From Felis catus (taxonomy: Eukaryota): 64,000 nt of DNA. The first letter of the stretch is position 1, and each line of letters begins with the position of its first letter. The notes below the pieces were generated by a model. It searched no databases. It was not told the origin of the DNA and saw nothing but the letters and a program-made list of their open reading frames with translations. A program made the position numbers and the translations under genes. Below are positions 62,978 to 64,000 of the stretch, piece by piece. The stretch lies in NCBI RefSeq assembly GCF_018350175.1, contig NC_058375.1, positions 123,628,001-123,692,000 on the forward strand, written 5' to 3'.

Positions 62978-64000
62978 AAGCAGTATTTTGAATGTTGAAT
63001 TACTTATATTTTCTTTGATAAGTGAATTCGTGTCAATTCAAGTTGAAACAAAAGATACTCTTTTTTGTATCGTAGAGTTTTCATCTGTCTTCTAGAGAGT
63101 TATTTACAAAAAATGAGACTATGTGCATGTTTTCTTAATATTTGAATATGTATCTGCTGTTTTCTAGTAAATTCAGGGTTTTTGCTGTTGTTTATAAATA
63201 CTATTTTCTAGTGGAACAAGTATCTAGGATGCAAAACCATTTGTCACCATTTAGTGGATAGTAAGAATGCTTTTGGACAAATGAGTGAAAGTGATCAGAG
63301 TTTTCATTATTGTGCATATGCATGAGTGCATGCACAGTTATACATTTGCCGATTCAAACATTGTAAAATACGTGGTACACAGCGCATTCAGTTAAATTTT
63401 ATTTTGCCTTTATCAGAGTACTCGTGATAGTAATGTGTTATTTTGAGTGCACAAAGTAGTTTTTCTTTCTAATTATATATGTAGTTATTTTTATTTGTTT
63501 AGTTAATCTCTATAAAAAGACATGCTTTTTATAAAGAAGTTTCACTTTCAGAAATTACTTTTCAACTTACATGTTGCAGTCTTAAGGCTAATATACAAAA
63601 GAAAACTAGCATTTATAAAATGAACTTAAATGTGAAAAAAAGCAGTTTGCTACTGCTGGTCATCTCACATCATAGCTAAGTAAATAATTGATATTGACAT
63701 TGTAGCCAATGAATAAATAAATTTTTAGCTGTTTTGGAAGTAGGCTCTGGAATACAACAGCCATTTATTTTTCACTCTTCTATAACTTTTTTTTTTTTTT
63801 AGATTAACATTCTGTAGTTTAACCACAAAGAAATCTCTTTAATGTTGACAGGGAAATAAGCCTATCTTTAAAAATTTATTTTAGTTTTAAATAAATGGTT
63901 TTATTTTTATTTATCTGGTAATAAAATTTAGGACAGAAGAGGACCTGATCAAATTATAATTTAAGTAATTCCAATCTGTTGATAAGAGAATATTTTATAA

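Overview
Mammalian genomic DNA from a felid: it carries many carnivore Can-SINEs, including young SINEC_Fc-type copies, and a felid-type L1 3' UTR. It comes from a draft assembly with four N-gaps. The first ~60.7 kb is repeat-rich intergenic sequence with ~25 Can-SINEs, old L1M/L2/MIR, MaLR/ERV LTRs, hAT and Tigger fossils and microsatellites, and no recognisable protein-coding gene. The last ~3.3 kb holds a CpG-island promoter and coding exons 1-3 of SLC35F5 on the + strand; the gene continues beyond the window. Nearly all entries in the ORF track are repeat-derived or chance ORFs. The most testable observations are at the SLC35F5 5' end: a frame-compensating pair of alternative splice sites around intron 2, an 8-codon uORF overlapping a cryptic donor that would join exon 3 in frame, and a sense SINE with tandem AATAAA in intron 3. 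Three repeat-free, coding-like islands could not be assigned (11.2-13.2, 15.6-16.6 and 56.0-56.4 kb). I found no demonstrable novel biological system. Repeat subfamily names come from memory of consensus sequences and need RepeatMasker/Dfam confirmation; boundaries of old elements are approximate.
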